Source: Candidatus Bathyarchaeia archaeon (GTDB lineage: Archaea > Thermoproteota > Bathyarchaeia > Bathyarchaeales > Bathycorpusculaceae). From it: DNA of 64,000 nucleotides. Location: assembly GCA_038883775.1 (NCBI GenBank), contig JAVZLM010000004.1, positions 64,001 to 128,000 of the forward strand. Reading direction: 5' to 3'. A program made the position numbers and the translations under genes. This document shows positions 29,292-38,554 of this stretch, in pieces (the stretch's first letter is position 1; the number at the start of each line of letters is the position of its first letter). The notes beneath the pieces are model-generated. The model was not told the origin of the DNA. It did not search any database and saw only the letters and a program-made list of their open reading frames with translations.

Positions 29292-30047
29292 ATGGAAGCA
29301 GACAAATACAACATTGTTTGTTTCATGTGCAACTGGGCGTTCTGTGAAGAGGAAATGCAAATCCCATCAGACGTGAATGTTGTCCGCGTAATGTGTATTG
29401 GACGATTAGACCCAGTTCTAATTCTGGAAACCTTTGAAAAGGGCGTAGACGGCATCATGCTCGTTGGCTGCAAACCACCAGACTGCCACTACATTGACGG
29501 AAACCTTCACGCAGAACGTACCGTGAAAATGTTAAGAAAACTTCTTAAACTAACTGGCTTAGAAACAGAACGCATAAAACTCCTCTGGTATTCTCCCACG
29601 GACGAGAAAAGTTTTGGGAGTTATGCTAAAAAATTTTTGAAAGAAATTAAAGAAATTGGCTTTTCTCCACTAAGAAGAGAAGCGCCAAAATCTACACTTT
29701 TGGTTAATGTTCTAGCAGCTAAAAATGCCGCCTCAGACTTTAGGCTAAGGGTTTTGCTTGGAAGAGAAAAGGAGTTAACAGAAGGTGTGAACGTTTACGG
29801 CGAAAAATTGTCAGCAGAAGAGTTTGATGCTTTATTAGATGAAATTGTCACGGAAGAATTTGTTCGACACAAAATCCATGTTCTAACCAAAACCGAACCC
29901 CTCTCTGTGAAGGCTTTGGCTGATGTCCTTGAAATGAAAACTGCAAACGTTCTTAGGCACATTGTGAACATGCGCAGAAAAAACATGATAGCCCTAGACC
30001 ATGTGGAGGGCACAACTCCACTTTACAGGGCATTGGAGGTTAAATAA
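29292..30047 (+). CDS. MvhD-like [2Fe-2S] protein with a C-terminal winged-helix-like extension
   Basis: FMCNW, RVMCIGRLDP, VGCKPPDCHY; C-terminal PLSVKALADVLEMKTANVLRHIVNMRRKNMI. Confidence 0.8.
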   Translation: MEADKYNIVCFMCNWAFCEEEMQIPSDVNVVRVMCIGRLDPVLILETFEKGVDGIMLVGCKPPDCHYIDGNLHAERTVKMLRKLLKLTGLETERIKLLWYSPTDEKSFGSYAKKFLKEIKEIGFSPLRREAPKSTLLVNVLAAKNAASDFRLRVLLGREKELTEGVNVYGEKLSAEEFDALLDEIVTEEFVRHKIHVLTKTEPLSVKALADVLEMKTANVLRHIVNMRRKNMIALDHVEGTTPLYRALEVK

Positions 30048-30048
30048 A

Positions 30049-33000
30049 ATGACAGAAGAGAAAGTAGGAGCAGTTCTCGTTGTTGGCGGAGGAGTAGCGG
30101 GAATACAGGCGTCGCTGGATTTGGCGGATTCCGGCTTTAAAGTGTATTTAATTGATGAGGGGGCAAGCATTGGCGGAGTGATGGCTCAGCTTGACAAGAC
30201 ATTTCCAACAAACGATTGTTCAATGTGTATTTTATCGCCTAAGCTTGTGGCAACTGGGAGACACCCAAACATCACAATTTTAACTAACACTGAAATATTG
30301 GGTTTGAAGGGTGAGGCTGGAAACTTCGAAGTGAAACTTCGAAAACGTAGCCGTTATATAATCGAAGAGAAATGCAACGGATGTGGTTTATGCGCACAAA
30401 AATGTCCCATCGAAGCCGTGGACATGTATAATGAGGGTTTAAGCGAAAGAAGCGCAATTTACGTTGATTATCCCCAAGCGGTTCCACTAAAATACAAGAT
30501 TGACCGTGAAAAATGCATTGGATGCGGAACATGCTACGAAATCTGCAAAGCAAAGGCTGTAGCCTACGACCAACAAGACAGCGAAGCCACCCTAAAAGTA
30601 GGCTCAATAATCCTTGCGCCGGGATTTGAACCCTTCGACGCCAAATTGAAAAGTGAATACGGTTATGGACGCTACTTAAACGTGGTTACAAGCATAGAAT
30701 TTGAACGCATCTTAAGCGCTTCTGGACCTTACGGTGGACTTGTTTTAAGACCTTCGGATGGCGAAATTCCAAAAAAGATAGCGTTTATTCAATGTGTTGG
30801 TTCCCGCGATTATAAGCTTGGAAACAATTATTGTTCTGCTGCATGTTGCATGTATGGAATGAAAGAGGCAGTAATAGCAAAAGAACACACCCCGACGAAG
30901 TTGGATGCCACAATTTTCTATATGGATTTGAGGGCTTATGGAAAAGAATTCGATGCTTACTATGATAGGGCAAAGGAAGAGTGGGGCATACGGTTTGTAA
31001 GGTCAAGAGTGGCCTCAATAACAGAAGACCCATCCACTGGAAATCTTTTCGTTCATTACGTGGAGGATGAACAGCCTAAAACAGAAGAATTTGACATGGT
31101 CGTCCTATCCATAGGCATGCAACCGCCAAAAAATGTTGAAAAAATAGCCAAAGTTTTAGGCATAGAACTTAACAAATACAAGTTTTGCGAAACAAAAACT
31201 TTTTCACCATTAGAAACATCAAAACCCGGCATATTCGTCTGCGGAGCCTTCAGTGCACCAAAGGACATCCCAGAAAGCGTTGCCCAAGCAAGCGGCGCCG
31301 CAGCAAAGGCAATGAGCATAATTGCCAGTGAAAGAGGAAAGCTTGTAGCAGTTAAGGAATATCCGCCAGAAAGAGATATTAGCCAAGAAGAACCCCGCAT
31401 AGGCGTTTTTGTCTGCCACTGTGGCATAAACATAGGCGGAGTTGTTAACGTTCCAGAAGTGGTGGAATATGCAAAAACTTTGCCAAATGTGGTTTATGCC
31501 GAAGCCAACCTATACACATGCTCACAGGATACCCAGAAGCTGATTAGAGAGAAAATCCAACAATACAAACTTAACCGCGTTGTTGTAGCCTCTTGCACAC
31601 CGCGAACGCATGAGCCACTATTTAGAGAAACTGTTCAAGAGGCTGGCTTAAACCCATACCTGTTTGAGATGGCAAACATAAGAGACCAGTGCAGCTGGGT
31701 GCACATGCACGAGCCAAAAGAGGCAACAGAAAAAGCAAAAGACCTTGTCCGCTCGGTTGTGGCAAAAGCCAAACTTCTCAAACCACTGAAAAAGCCAGAG
31801 ATAAGCGTAACACCAGTAGGCTTAATCATAGGCGGCGGCGTCGCTGGAATGACAGCAGCCTTAGAACTGGCAAAACAAGGGTTTGAGGTGCATCTTGTTG
31901 AAAGAGAAAAGGAGTTAGGTGGGCACTTACGCAAAATTTACTATTTGTTGGAAGGCGAAAACCCAAAGGAAATTTTAGATGCGCTAATTAATGATGTTAT
32001 GGAAAATGGTAAGATACATGTCCATCTAAACTCGGAAGTAGCGGAAATCAGCGGATTTGTTGGCAATTTCAAATCAAAAATAAAACATAATGACGGCAAG
32101 GAAGAGGAAGTTGAACATGGCATAATAATAGTTGCCACTGGCGCAACAGAATACAAACCCACAGAATATCTTTACGGCAAAGACCCTCGAGTTATGACAC
32201 AGCACGAGTTGGAGGAAAAAATTGCAAAAGGCGACTTCAAAGCTAAAAATGTTGTCATGATTCAATGTGTTGGAGCAAGAAATGAAGAAAGACCCAACTG
32301 CGCAAGAATCTGCTGCGGACAAGCCATAAAAAACGCCTTAAAAATTAAAGAGATAAGCCCAGAAACAGAAGTTTACGTTTTGTATAAGGATATTCGCTCC
32401 TATGGCTTTAAGGAAGACTATTACCGCAAAGCCTCAGAAGAAGGCGTCCTATTCATAAACTACGAGGATGGCAGAAAACCGCAAGTTAGGAATGAGAAAG
32501 GAAAACTGGAAGTGACCTTCTGGGAACCCGTAATAAAGCAAGAAGTAACCATTGAACCAGATCTCGTAATCTTAAGCGCTGCCACAATCCCAAACCCAGA
32601 CAACAAACGAGTGGCAGAAATGCTTAAGGTGCCATTAACAAAAGACGGTTTCTTCTTGGAAGCGCACATGAAACTTAGACCCGTGGACTTTGCGACAGAT
32701 GGCGTTTTTCTGTGCGGAATGGCTCACTCGCCAAAATACATAGACGAAAGCATAGCCCAAGCTTGCGCTGCAGCAGCAAGAGCCACAACCATACTCTCAA
32801 AACCCACACTTGAGATGGAAGGGATTGTGGCAAACGTAAACGAAGATTTATGTAGTGGTTGTAGAATTTGTGAATATCTATGCCCATACGGGGCAATAGA
32901 AATGAAGCAAAAAGACGATAGGCTTATCGCAAACGTAATCGAAGCCTTATGCAAAGGCTGCGGCGCCTGTGGAACAGCATGCCCAACCAAAGCCATCACA

Positions 33001-33069
33001 ATGGGGCATTTCACAACAGAAGAAATCATAGCCCAAGTTAAAGCTGCGCTCTTGGAGGTTAAGGCATGA
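30049..33069 (+). CDS. hdrA: Tandem (two-FAD-domain) heterodisulfide reductase subunit A
   Basis: Two GGGVAG FAD motifs, FPTNDCSMC, internal IGVFVCHCG..ASCTPRTHE domain, C-terminal ferredoxins. ATG 30049 lies behind GGAGG; the track starts at 30001. Confidence 0.92.
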   Translation: MTEEKVGAVLVVGGGVAGIQASLDLADSGFKVYLIDEGASIGGVMAQLDKTFPTNDCSMCILSPKLVATGRHPNITILTNTEILGLKGEAGNFEVKLRKRSRYIIEEKCNGCGLCAQKCPIEAVDMYNEGLSERSAIYVDYPQAVPLKYKIDREKCIGCGTCYEICKAKAVAYDQQDSEATLKVGSIILAPGFEPFDAKLKSEYGYGRYLNVVTSIEFERILSASGPYGGLVLRPSDGEIPKKIAFIQCVGSRDYKLGNNYCSAACCMYGMKEAVIAKEHTPTKLDATIFYMDLRAYGKEFDAYYDRAKEEWGIRFVRSRVASITEDPSTGNLFVHYVEDEQPKTEEFDMVVLSIGMQPPKNVEKIAKVLGIELNKYKFCETKTFSPLETSKPGIFVCGAFSAPKDIPESVAQASGAAAKAMSIIASERGKLVAVKEYPPERDISQEEPRIGVFVCHCGINIGGVVNVPEVVEYAKTLPNVVYAEANLYTCSQDTQKLIREKIQQYKLNRVVVASCTPRTHEPLFRETVQEAGLNPYLFEMANIRDQCSWVHMHEPKEATEKAKDLVRSVVAKAKLLKPLKKPEISVTPVGLIIGGGVAGMTAALELAKQGFEVHLVEREKELGGHLRKIYYLLEGENPKEILDALINDVMENGKIHVHLNSEVAEISGFVGNFKSKIKHNDGKEEEVEHGIIIVATGATEYKPTEYLYGKDPRVMTQHELEEKIAKGDFKAKNVVMIQCVGARNEERPNCARICCGQAIKNALKIKEISPETEVYVLYKDIRSYGFKEDYYRKASEEGVLFINYEDGRKPQVRNEKGKLEVTFWEPVIKQEVTIEPDLVILSAATIPNPDNKRVAEMLKVPLTKDGFFLEAHMKLRPVDFATDGVFLCGMAHSPKYIDESIAQACAAAARATTILSKPTLEMEGIVANVNEDLCSGCRICEYLCPYGAIEMKQKDDRLIANVIEALCKGCGACGTACPTKAITMGHFTTEEIIAQVKAALLEVKA

Positions 33070-33506
33070 GTGAAAAAACAGAATTTGAGCCGAAAATAAT
33101 TGGTTTCCTATGTAATTGGTGCTCCTATGCAGGCGCAGACTTGGCTGGAGTAAGCAGAATCCAATATCCACCGAACATTAGAATAATTCGTGTAATGTGC
33201 AGTGGCAGAATTGACCCCATATTCATTCTCGAAGCTTTGAAGGATGGCGCTGATGGAGTGCTTGTTGCTGGATGCCATTTGCCCTCAGATTGCCATTATA
33301 TTAGTGGGAACTTTAAAGCTTTAAGAAGGATAACTCTATTAAAGAAAGTTCTAAAAGATTTCGGGATTGAACCTGAACGTGTGCGGTTGGAATGGGTCTC
33401 CGCAAGCGAAGGAGACAAGTTCGCCGCCATAGTTCGGGACATGGTTGAGCAAATAAAAAAGTTGGGACCAAACCCATTGAAAATGGGAGGAAAAAGGAAT
33501 GAGTGA
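33066..33506 (+). CDS. mvhD: Methyl-viologen-reducing hydrogenase delta subunit
   Basis: FEPKIIGFLCNWCSYAGADLAG, RVMCSGR, GCHLPSDCHY, WVSASEG. Confidence 0.95.
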   Translation: MSEKTEFEPKIIGFLCNWCSYAGADLAGVSRIQYPPNIRIIRVMCSGRIDPIFILEALKDGADGVLVAGCHLPSDCHYISGNFKALRRITLLKKVLKDFGIEPERVRLEWVSASEGDKFAAIVRDMVEQIKKLGPNPLKMGGKRNE

Positions 33507-34053
33507 AACACAGGAATATGTTCCAAGCGTTATAAAAGCTGAGGAAATGAATCCAAAATTCAAGTATGAAATTAGCAAGAAGCATGGCGCAGAGAGGCTA
33601 ATGCTTTGCTTCCAGTGTGGAACATGCACTGCTGACTGCCCAATCTCAAGATTCAGCGACTTTTACAGACCGAGAAAAATAGCGAGAATGGTGCAGTTGG
33701 GACTGAAGGATAGGCTTTTGTCAGATGAAGCCCTTTGGTTATGCTCATCATGTTTCACATGCGTTGACCACTGTCCTCAAGGGGTGGAAATTGCTGGCAT
33801 AGTGCGAGTTTTGCGAAACCTTTCGGTGAAAGAAAAAGGTGTCATGCCATTAGTTTACAGAGAACTTGCCTCTAACCTTTTGAAAGGCGGATATGTATAC
33901 GAAATTGTGGAGTCACGCCACAAAAAACGGGCGGAACTTGGGCTTCCACCATTGCCAAAGCCTAATCTTGAAGAAATTGCCAAAATTTTTGAAATTACTG
34001 GTTCTTCGAAAATGCTTGAAAATGTGAAAACTTTCGAGAAGGTGAAAAGCTAA
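33499..34053 (+). CDS. hdrC: Heterodisulfide reductase subunit C (copy 2)
   Basis: CFQCGTCTADCP, LWLCSSCFTCVDHCP. Confidence 0.92.
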   Translation: MSETQEYVPSVIKAEEMNPKFKYEISKKHGAERLMLCFQCGTCTADCPISRFSDFYRPRKIARMVQLGLKDRLLSDEALWLCSSCFTCVDHCPQGVEIAGIVRVLRNLSVKEKGVMPLVYRELASNLLKGGYVYEIVESRHKKRAELGLPPLPKPNLEEIAKIFEITGSSKMLENVKTFEKVKS

Positions 34054-34941
34054 ATGCCAAAATACTTGATATTTTTGGGATGCGTCATCCCGTATAGGCT
34101 TTCAAGCTACGAGATTTCTGCAAGAAAAGTTCTAGACAAGCTAGGCGTGGAATTGGTTGAAATGCCAACGTATAACTGTTGCGGGTATCCCATGGACGCA
34201 ATAAACCATGACTTAATGTTGACTTTGGCTGCACGAAACCTCTGCGTAGCAGAACAGCAAAACCTAAACATTTTAACCCTCTGCAATGGATGCTTCTGCA
34301 GTTTAAATGAAACAAACAAGATATTGAAAGAAGACAAGAAATTGCGGGAAGAAGTGAACGCTCATTTAAAAGAGATTGGCATGGAGTTTAAAGGAACAAT
34401 AGAAGTTAAACACCTCGTGCATGTGTTGGCTGAGGATGTTGGTTTTGAAAAGATAAAGAATGCGGTTAAAAAACCGTTAGCGAATCTTTTTGTGGCTCAG
34501 CATTCTGGATGCCACCTTGTTCGTCCAGCAAAATACGTAGGCCACGGCGAAGACCCAGAAAATCCCACTTTGCTTAAAAACTTGATTAGGCTCACTGGCG
34601 CCGAATGTTTAGATTACATGGATGAGACTCAATGCTGCGGAAATCCAATAATTGGCGTAAACGAAGAAGTCCCATTCCAGATGGCTAAAGAAAAACTTGA
34701 CCACGTTAGGGCTGTGAAGGCTCAAGCGTTAATTACGGCTTGTCCCTTCTGCCACATGATGTTTGACATGAACCAACCACGAATAGAAAGAGCCTTCAAC
34801 GAAAAGTTTGGCATACCAGTGCTGCACTATCCCCAACTTTTAGGCTTGGCCATGGGCTTTTCACCAGAAGAACTTGGAATAAACGAGCTTAGAGTTAAAC
34901 CATCCGAACTTTTAAACCAAATTCAAAAAGGAGAAAGCTAA
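34054..34941 (+). CDS. hdrB: Heterodisulfide reductase subunit B (copy 2)
   Basis: FLGCVIP, NCCG, LCNGC, HSGCH, QCCG, ACPFC. Confidence 0.92.
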   Translation: MPKYLIFLGCVIPYRLSSYEISARKVLDKLGVELVEMPTYNCCGYPMDAINHDLMLTLAARNLCVAEQQNLNILTLCNGCFCSLNETNKILKEDKKLREEVNAHLKEIGMEFKGTIEVKHLVHVLAEDVGFEKIKNAVKKPLANLFVAQHSGCHLVRPAKYVGHGEDPENPTLLKNLIRLTGAECLDYMDETQCCGNPIIGVNEEVPFQMAKEKLDHVRAVKAQALITACPFCHMMFDMNQPRIERAFNEKFGIPVLHYPQLLGLAMGFSPEELGINELRVKPSELLNQIQKGES

Positions 34942-34942
34942 A

Positions 34943-35926
34943 ATGGCCAAAGAAAAATTAAAATTTGCCTTCTATTGGGCTGCGAGCTGTGGAGGCTGCG
35001 AAATTGCCGTTTTAGACATAAATGAGAAAATTTTGGATGTTTTACAATTAGCTGACATAGTTTTCTGGCCTGTTGCTATGGACATAAAATATAAGGATGT
35101 CGAAAATATGCCCGATAAATACATAGACGTTTGTTTCTTTAATGGCGGAATCCGCAACAGTGAACAAGAACACATGGCTAAACTTTTGAGGCAAAAGTCA
35201 AAAATACTCATTGCTTACGGTGCGTGCGCCCACCTCGGCGGAGTACCAGGCTTAGCAAATATTTCCAACAAAAAGGAAATTTTTGAAAAAGTTTATGGCA
35301 CAACATTTTCCACTGTAAACCCGGAAAAAATAACGCCAAAACCGAAAGTAAAGGTGAAAGAGGGCGAGCTTGAAATTCCAGAATTTTATGACACTGTTAG
35401 AACTTTAGACCAAACAGTGGATGTGGACTATTATGTTCCAGGCTGTCCACCAGCCGTTGAGCGTACATTATATGCTGTGGAAGTAATCGCCAAAGGCGAA
35501 TTGCCACCAAAGGGTTCTGTACTTGCCCCATTAAAATCCGTATGTGATGAATGTCCCAGAAAGAAGGAGAACAAGAAAATCTCCAAAATATACCGAGTTT
35601 ATGAAAAGGCGCCTGAACCAGAAAGATGCTTGCTTGAGCAAGGCATTATTTGCATGGGTCCAGCAACCCGTGGCGGATGCGGCGCCAGATGCTTAAAGGC
35701 GGATATGCCATGCACTGGATGTGGTGGACCTTGCCCCAACTCTCCTGAACAAGGAGCAGCCATGATAAGCGCATTAGCTTCAATACTTGGTTTAGAAGAG
35801 GAAAAAGAAAAGTATACCGAGGAAGAGGTTGAGAAGCTAATAAGCCAAGTCAAAGACCCTCTCGGAACATTTTACATGTACGCCTTACCAGCCTCGATTC
35901 TTAGGAGGAAGGTGATGAAGGAATGA
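34943..35926 (+). CDS. mvhG: [NiFe]-hydrogenase group 3c small subunit (copy 2)
   Basis: Close paralog of 18248-19186 with the same Cys motifs. Confidence 0.9.
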   Translation: MAKEKLKFAFYWAASCGGCEIAVLDINEKILDVLQLADIVFWPVAMDIKYKDVENMPDKYIDVCFFNGGIRNSEQEHMAKLLRQKSKILIAYGACAHLGGVPGLANISNKKEIFEKVYGTTFSTVNPEKITPKPKVKVKEGELEIPEFYDTVRTLDQTVDVDYYVPGCPPAVERTLYAVEVIAKGELPPKGSVLAPLKSVCDECPRKKENKKISKIYRVYEKAPEPERCLLEQGIICMGPATRGGCGARCLKADMPCTGCGGPCPNSPEQGAAMISALASILGLEEEKEKYTEEEVEKLISQVKDPLGTFYMYALPASILRRKVMKE

Positions 35927-37377
35927 AGAACATAATTATTGACCCAATAACGAGACTTGAAGGTCACGGAAAAATCTCCATATTCTTGAATGATGATGGA
36001 GAAGTTGAAAACGCTTACCTGCAAATTCCAGAGCTTAGGGGCTTCGAAAGATTCTGTATTGGAAGAAAAGCCGAGGACATGCCCCTTTTGACTAGCAGAA
36101 TATGTGGTGTCTGTCCAGTTGCCCACCACATGGCTGGAACAAAAGCCTTAGACGCCGCCTTCAATGTGGAACCGCCATCTGCAGCGAAAAAACTCAGAGA
36201 ACTCATGTACTGCGGCTATTACATTTACGACCATACACTGCACTTCTACTATCTTGGCGGTCCAGATTTTGTGGTTGGTCCGGATGCTCCGCCTGAAAAG
36301 AGGAATATCATTGGCGTCATTGAAAAGGCTGGGTTAGACGTCGGCAAAGAAGTTATAAAGCATAGGGCTTATGGGCAGAGAATAACAGAAATAATTGGTG
36401 GAAAGGCAACGCATCCCGTTTGTGGAATTCCGGGCGGAATTTCTAAGCCATTAAGTGAAGAGGATAGGCAAGAAATTGAGAAAATGGCTTCTTCAGCCGT
36501 AAATTTTGCAAAGTTTTCGCTGAAACTTTTCCATGACATTGTTCTTGGAAACAGTAAATATGTTGATTTGATTAAGAGCGATGCTTATACGTTGAAGACT
36601 TATTATATGGGTTTGGTTGATGAAAACAACAAAGTGAACTTTTACGATGGCAAAATTAGAGTAGTAGACCCAAACGGCAAGGAATTCGTGAAATTCGAAG
36701 CAAAAAACTATCTTGACCACATTGCTGAACATGTGGAAGAATGGACCTACGTCAAATTCCCATACCTAAAGAAAATTGGCTGGAAAGGCTTCGTGGATGG
36801 CCCACAGAGCGGAGCATACCGTGTTGGACCCCTCGGAAGGCTTAACGCTTCAGACGGTATGGCTACACCCTCTGCACAAGAAGAATACGAGTTTATGTAT
36901 AAAACCCTTGGCGGAAAACCAGTACACTCAACACTTGCTTACCATTGGGCTAGACTTATTGAATTGCTTTATGCTGCTGAAAGAGCCTTGGAATTAAGCA
37001 AAGACCCAGAAATAACAAGCAAGGATGTGCGCAACAAGCCAGGCGAACCCGGCGAGGGCATAGGGGTTGTTGAAGCAGCTAGGGGAACTCTAATTCATCA
37101 TTATGTTTTGGATGGGAATGCACTGATAAAAGATGTGAACTTGATAGTGGCAACTGTCAATAATAGTCCATCAATAAACATGTCCATTCGGAATGCTGCT
37201 AAAGGCTTAATCCACGGCGATAAAGTTGACCAGGGAATACTCAATATGGTGGAAATGGCTTTCAGAGCCTACGACCCATGTTTTGGATGCGCAACACATT
37301 TTGCAGTTGGACAAATGCCATTAACAATTGAAATTTATGATAGTGATAAGAAGCTCTTGAAAACTGTGCATAGATAA
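35923..37377 (+). CDS. mvhA: [NiFe]-hydrogenase group 3c large subunit (copy 2)
   Basis: L1 RICGVCPVAHH, L2 AYDPCFGCATH. Confidence 0.93.
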   Translation: MKNIIIDPITRLEGHGKISIFLNDDGEVENAYLQIPELRGFERFCIGRKAEDMPLLTSRICGVCPVAHHMAGTKALDAAFNVEPPSAAKKLRELMYCGYYIYDHTLHFYYLGGPDFVVGPDAPPEKRNIIGVIEKAGLDVGKEVIKHRAYGQRITEIIGGKATHPVCGIPGGISKPLSEEDRQEIEKMASSAVNFAKFSLKLFHDIVLGNSKYVDLIKSDAYTLKTYYMGLVDENNKVNFYDGKIRVVDPNGKEFVKFEAKNYLDHIAEHVEEWTYVKFPYLKKIGWKGFVDGPQSGAYRVGPLGRLNASDGMATPSAQEEYEFMYKTLGGKPVHSTLAYHWARLIELLYAAERALELSKDPEITSKDVRNKPGEPGEGIGVVEAARGTLIHHYVLDGNALIKDVNLIVATVNNSPSINMSIRNAAKGLIHGDKVDQGILNMVEMAFRAYDPCFGCATHFAVGQMPLTIEIYDSDKKLLKTVHR

Positions 37378-37402
37378 ACAGTTTCTCCTTATTTCATTTT
37401 GT

Positions 37403-37915
37403 TTGATGGCGTTTCTTTTGGGCGAAAGAAAGAGCGAAATAAAAAAACAGTTGAAGAAGTGGTTTTCAGACGCTGAAAGGGTTGTTGTAGCTGGAATTGG
37501 AAATCCGATACGCATGGATGATTTTGTAGGCGTATTCGTTGTTCAAAGTTTGCGTGGAAAAGTTTCTGATAAGGTTTTGTTGATCGAATGTGAAACTGTT
37601 CCCGAAAGTTACATCCAACAAATTATAGAGTTTAACCCAACACATATTCTCTTAATAGATGCTGCAATCTTAGGATTACAACCGGGAGAAACAAAACTTT
37701 TAAAACCAGAAGAGTTGGCAAATTTTCCTGCATTCACAACACACATGCTTCCTTTGCGAATTTTCTGTGAATATTTGACCAAAATGACAAGGGCGAAAAT
37801 CGCTTTGCTTTTAATAGAGCTCGAGAAAACCGATTTTGGAGAAGGCTTAACTGCTAAAGTTGCAGACTTCGCAAAAAGGCTTGTGGAGATATTATCTATA
37901 TTGCTGAGGTCATAA
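37403..37915 (+). CDS. hycI: Hydrogenase maturation endopeptidase
   Basis: GIGNPIRMDD, ETVPE, IDAA, TTHMLPL; follows mvhA. Confidence 0.88.
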   Translation: MMAFLLGERKSEIKKQLKKWFSDAERVVVAGIGNPIRMDDFVGVFVVQSLRGKVSDKVLLIECETVPESYIQQIIEFNPTHILLIDAAILGLQPGETKLLKPEELANFPAFTTHMLPLRIFCEYLTKMTRAKIALLLIELEKTDFGEGLTAKVADFAKRLVEILSILLRS

Positions 37916-38455
37916 TCGCCTTCTTTTGCTCTTTCCTTCAGTAGGCGTATATTTAACATGAAGGGTTTTGGCTAATTTTTTCAAATCCTCTTCGCTCATC
38001 CACTCAGTTTTAAGGTATTGCAGTATTTTCTCATCGCTTAATCCTAAACGCTTTGCCTCGTCCACTGCAACACGGTAGGCTTCGATTTCTGTGGGTCTTT
38101 CAACATAGCTGAAATTGTCGTCGAAAAGTTTTTTCCCGTCCATAAACTGTTTCACATGCACAAGCTCATGGATTATATCAAGGTAAATGTCAACTAAATC
38201 GCCATTCTTAAGATAGTCTGCGCTAATGAATAAGTGTCCATCTTCGTCACTGACTCCCATGTAGCCTCTTCTTCCAAAAAACTCAATTCGAAGATTACGC
38301 AAAACTTCCTCAGTTTTCTCGCCAAAAATTCGCCTAACAGCCTCAACATTTTCAAAGCCTTTGAAGTAGTCGGTGAAGGGATAAGTTGTTATCTTGGCTT
38401 TGCGAATTATCTTAACATTTAATTGCGAATTATTCACTTTACATTTCTTCTCCAT
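37910..38455 (-). CDS. Hypothetical zincin-like protein (HExxH)
   Basis: IIHELVHVKQ followed by EIEAY. Confidence 0.55.
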   Translation of the reverse strand: MEKKCKVNNSQLNVKIIRKAKITTYPFTDYFKGFENVEAVRRIFGEKTEEVLRNLRIEFFGRRGYMGVSDEDGHLFISADYLKNGDLVDIYLDIIHELVHVKQFMDGKKLFDDNFSYVERPTEIEAYRVAVDEAKRLGLSDEKILQYLKTEWMSEEDLKKLAKTLHVKYTPTEGKSKRRRL

Positions 38456-38554
38456 AGAGCCAATGTAACATTAATTTAGTAGAAAATTCAATTTCCATTA
38501 TAAGGCTTTTTATATAAGTCAACTCAATCTCAGATACATCGCGGGGATACTCAC

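Noticed and set aside
30001-30048. Long overlap or programmed frameshift between the MvhD-wHTH gene and hdrA (similarly 7765-7788 and 41954-41989)
   Set aside because: Explained by over-extended ORF starts; SD-supported downstream starts give ordinary tight spacing.
12857-37377. Selenocysteine (TGA) or pyrrolysine recoding in HdrA, MvhD or MvhA
   Set aside because: The usual Sec positions are plain Cys (DCxxC in HdrA, DCHY in MvhD, DPCxxC in MvhA) and the ORFs are full length with no in-frame stops.
18248-37915. Evidence for methanogenesis
   Set aside because: Hdr/Mvh are widespread in non-methanogens, and no mcr, mtr or CoM/CoB biosynthesis genes are in the window.
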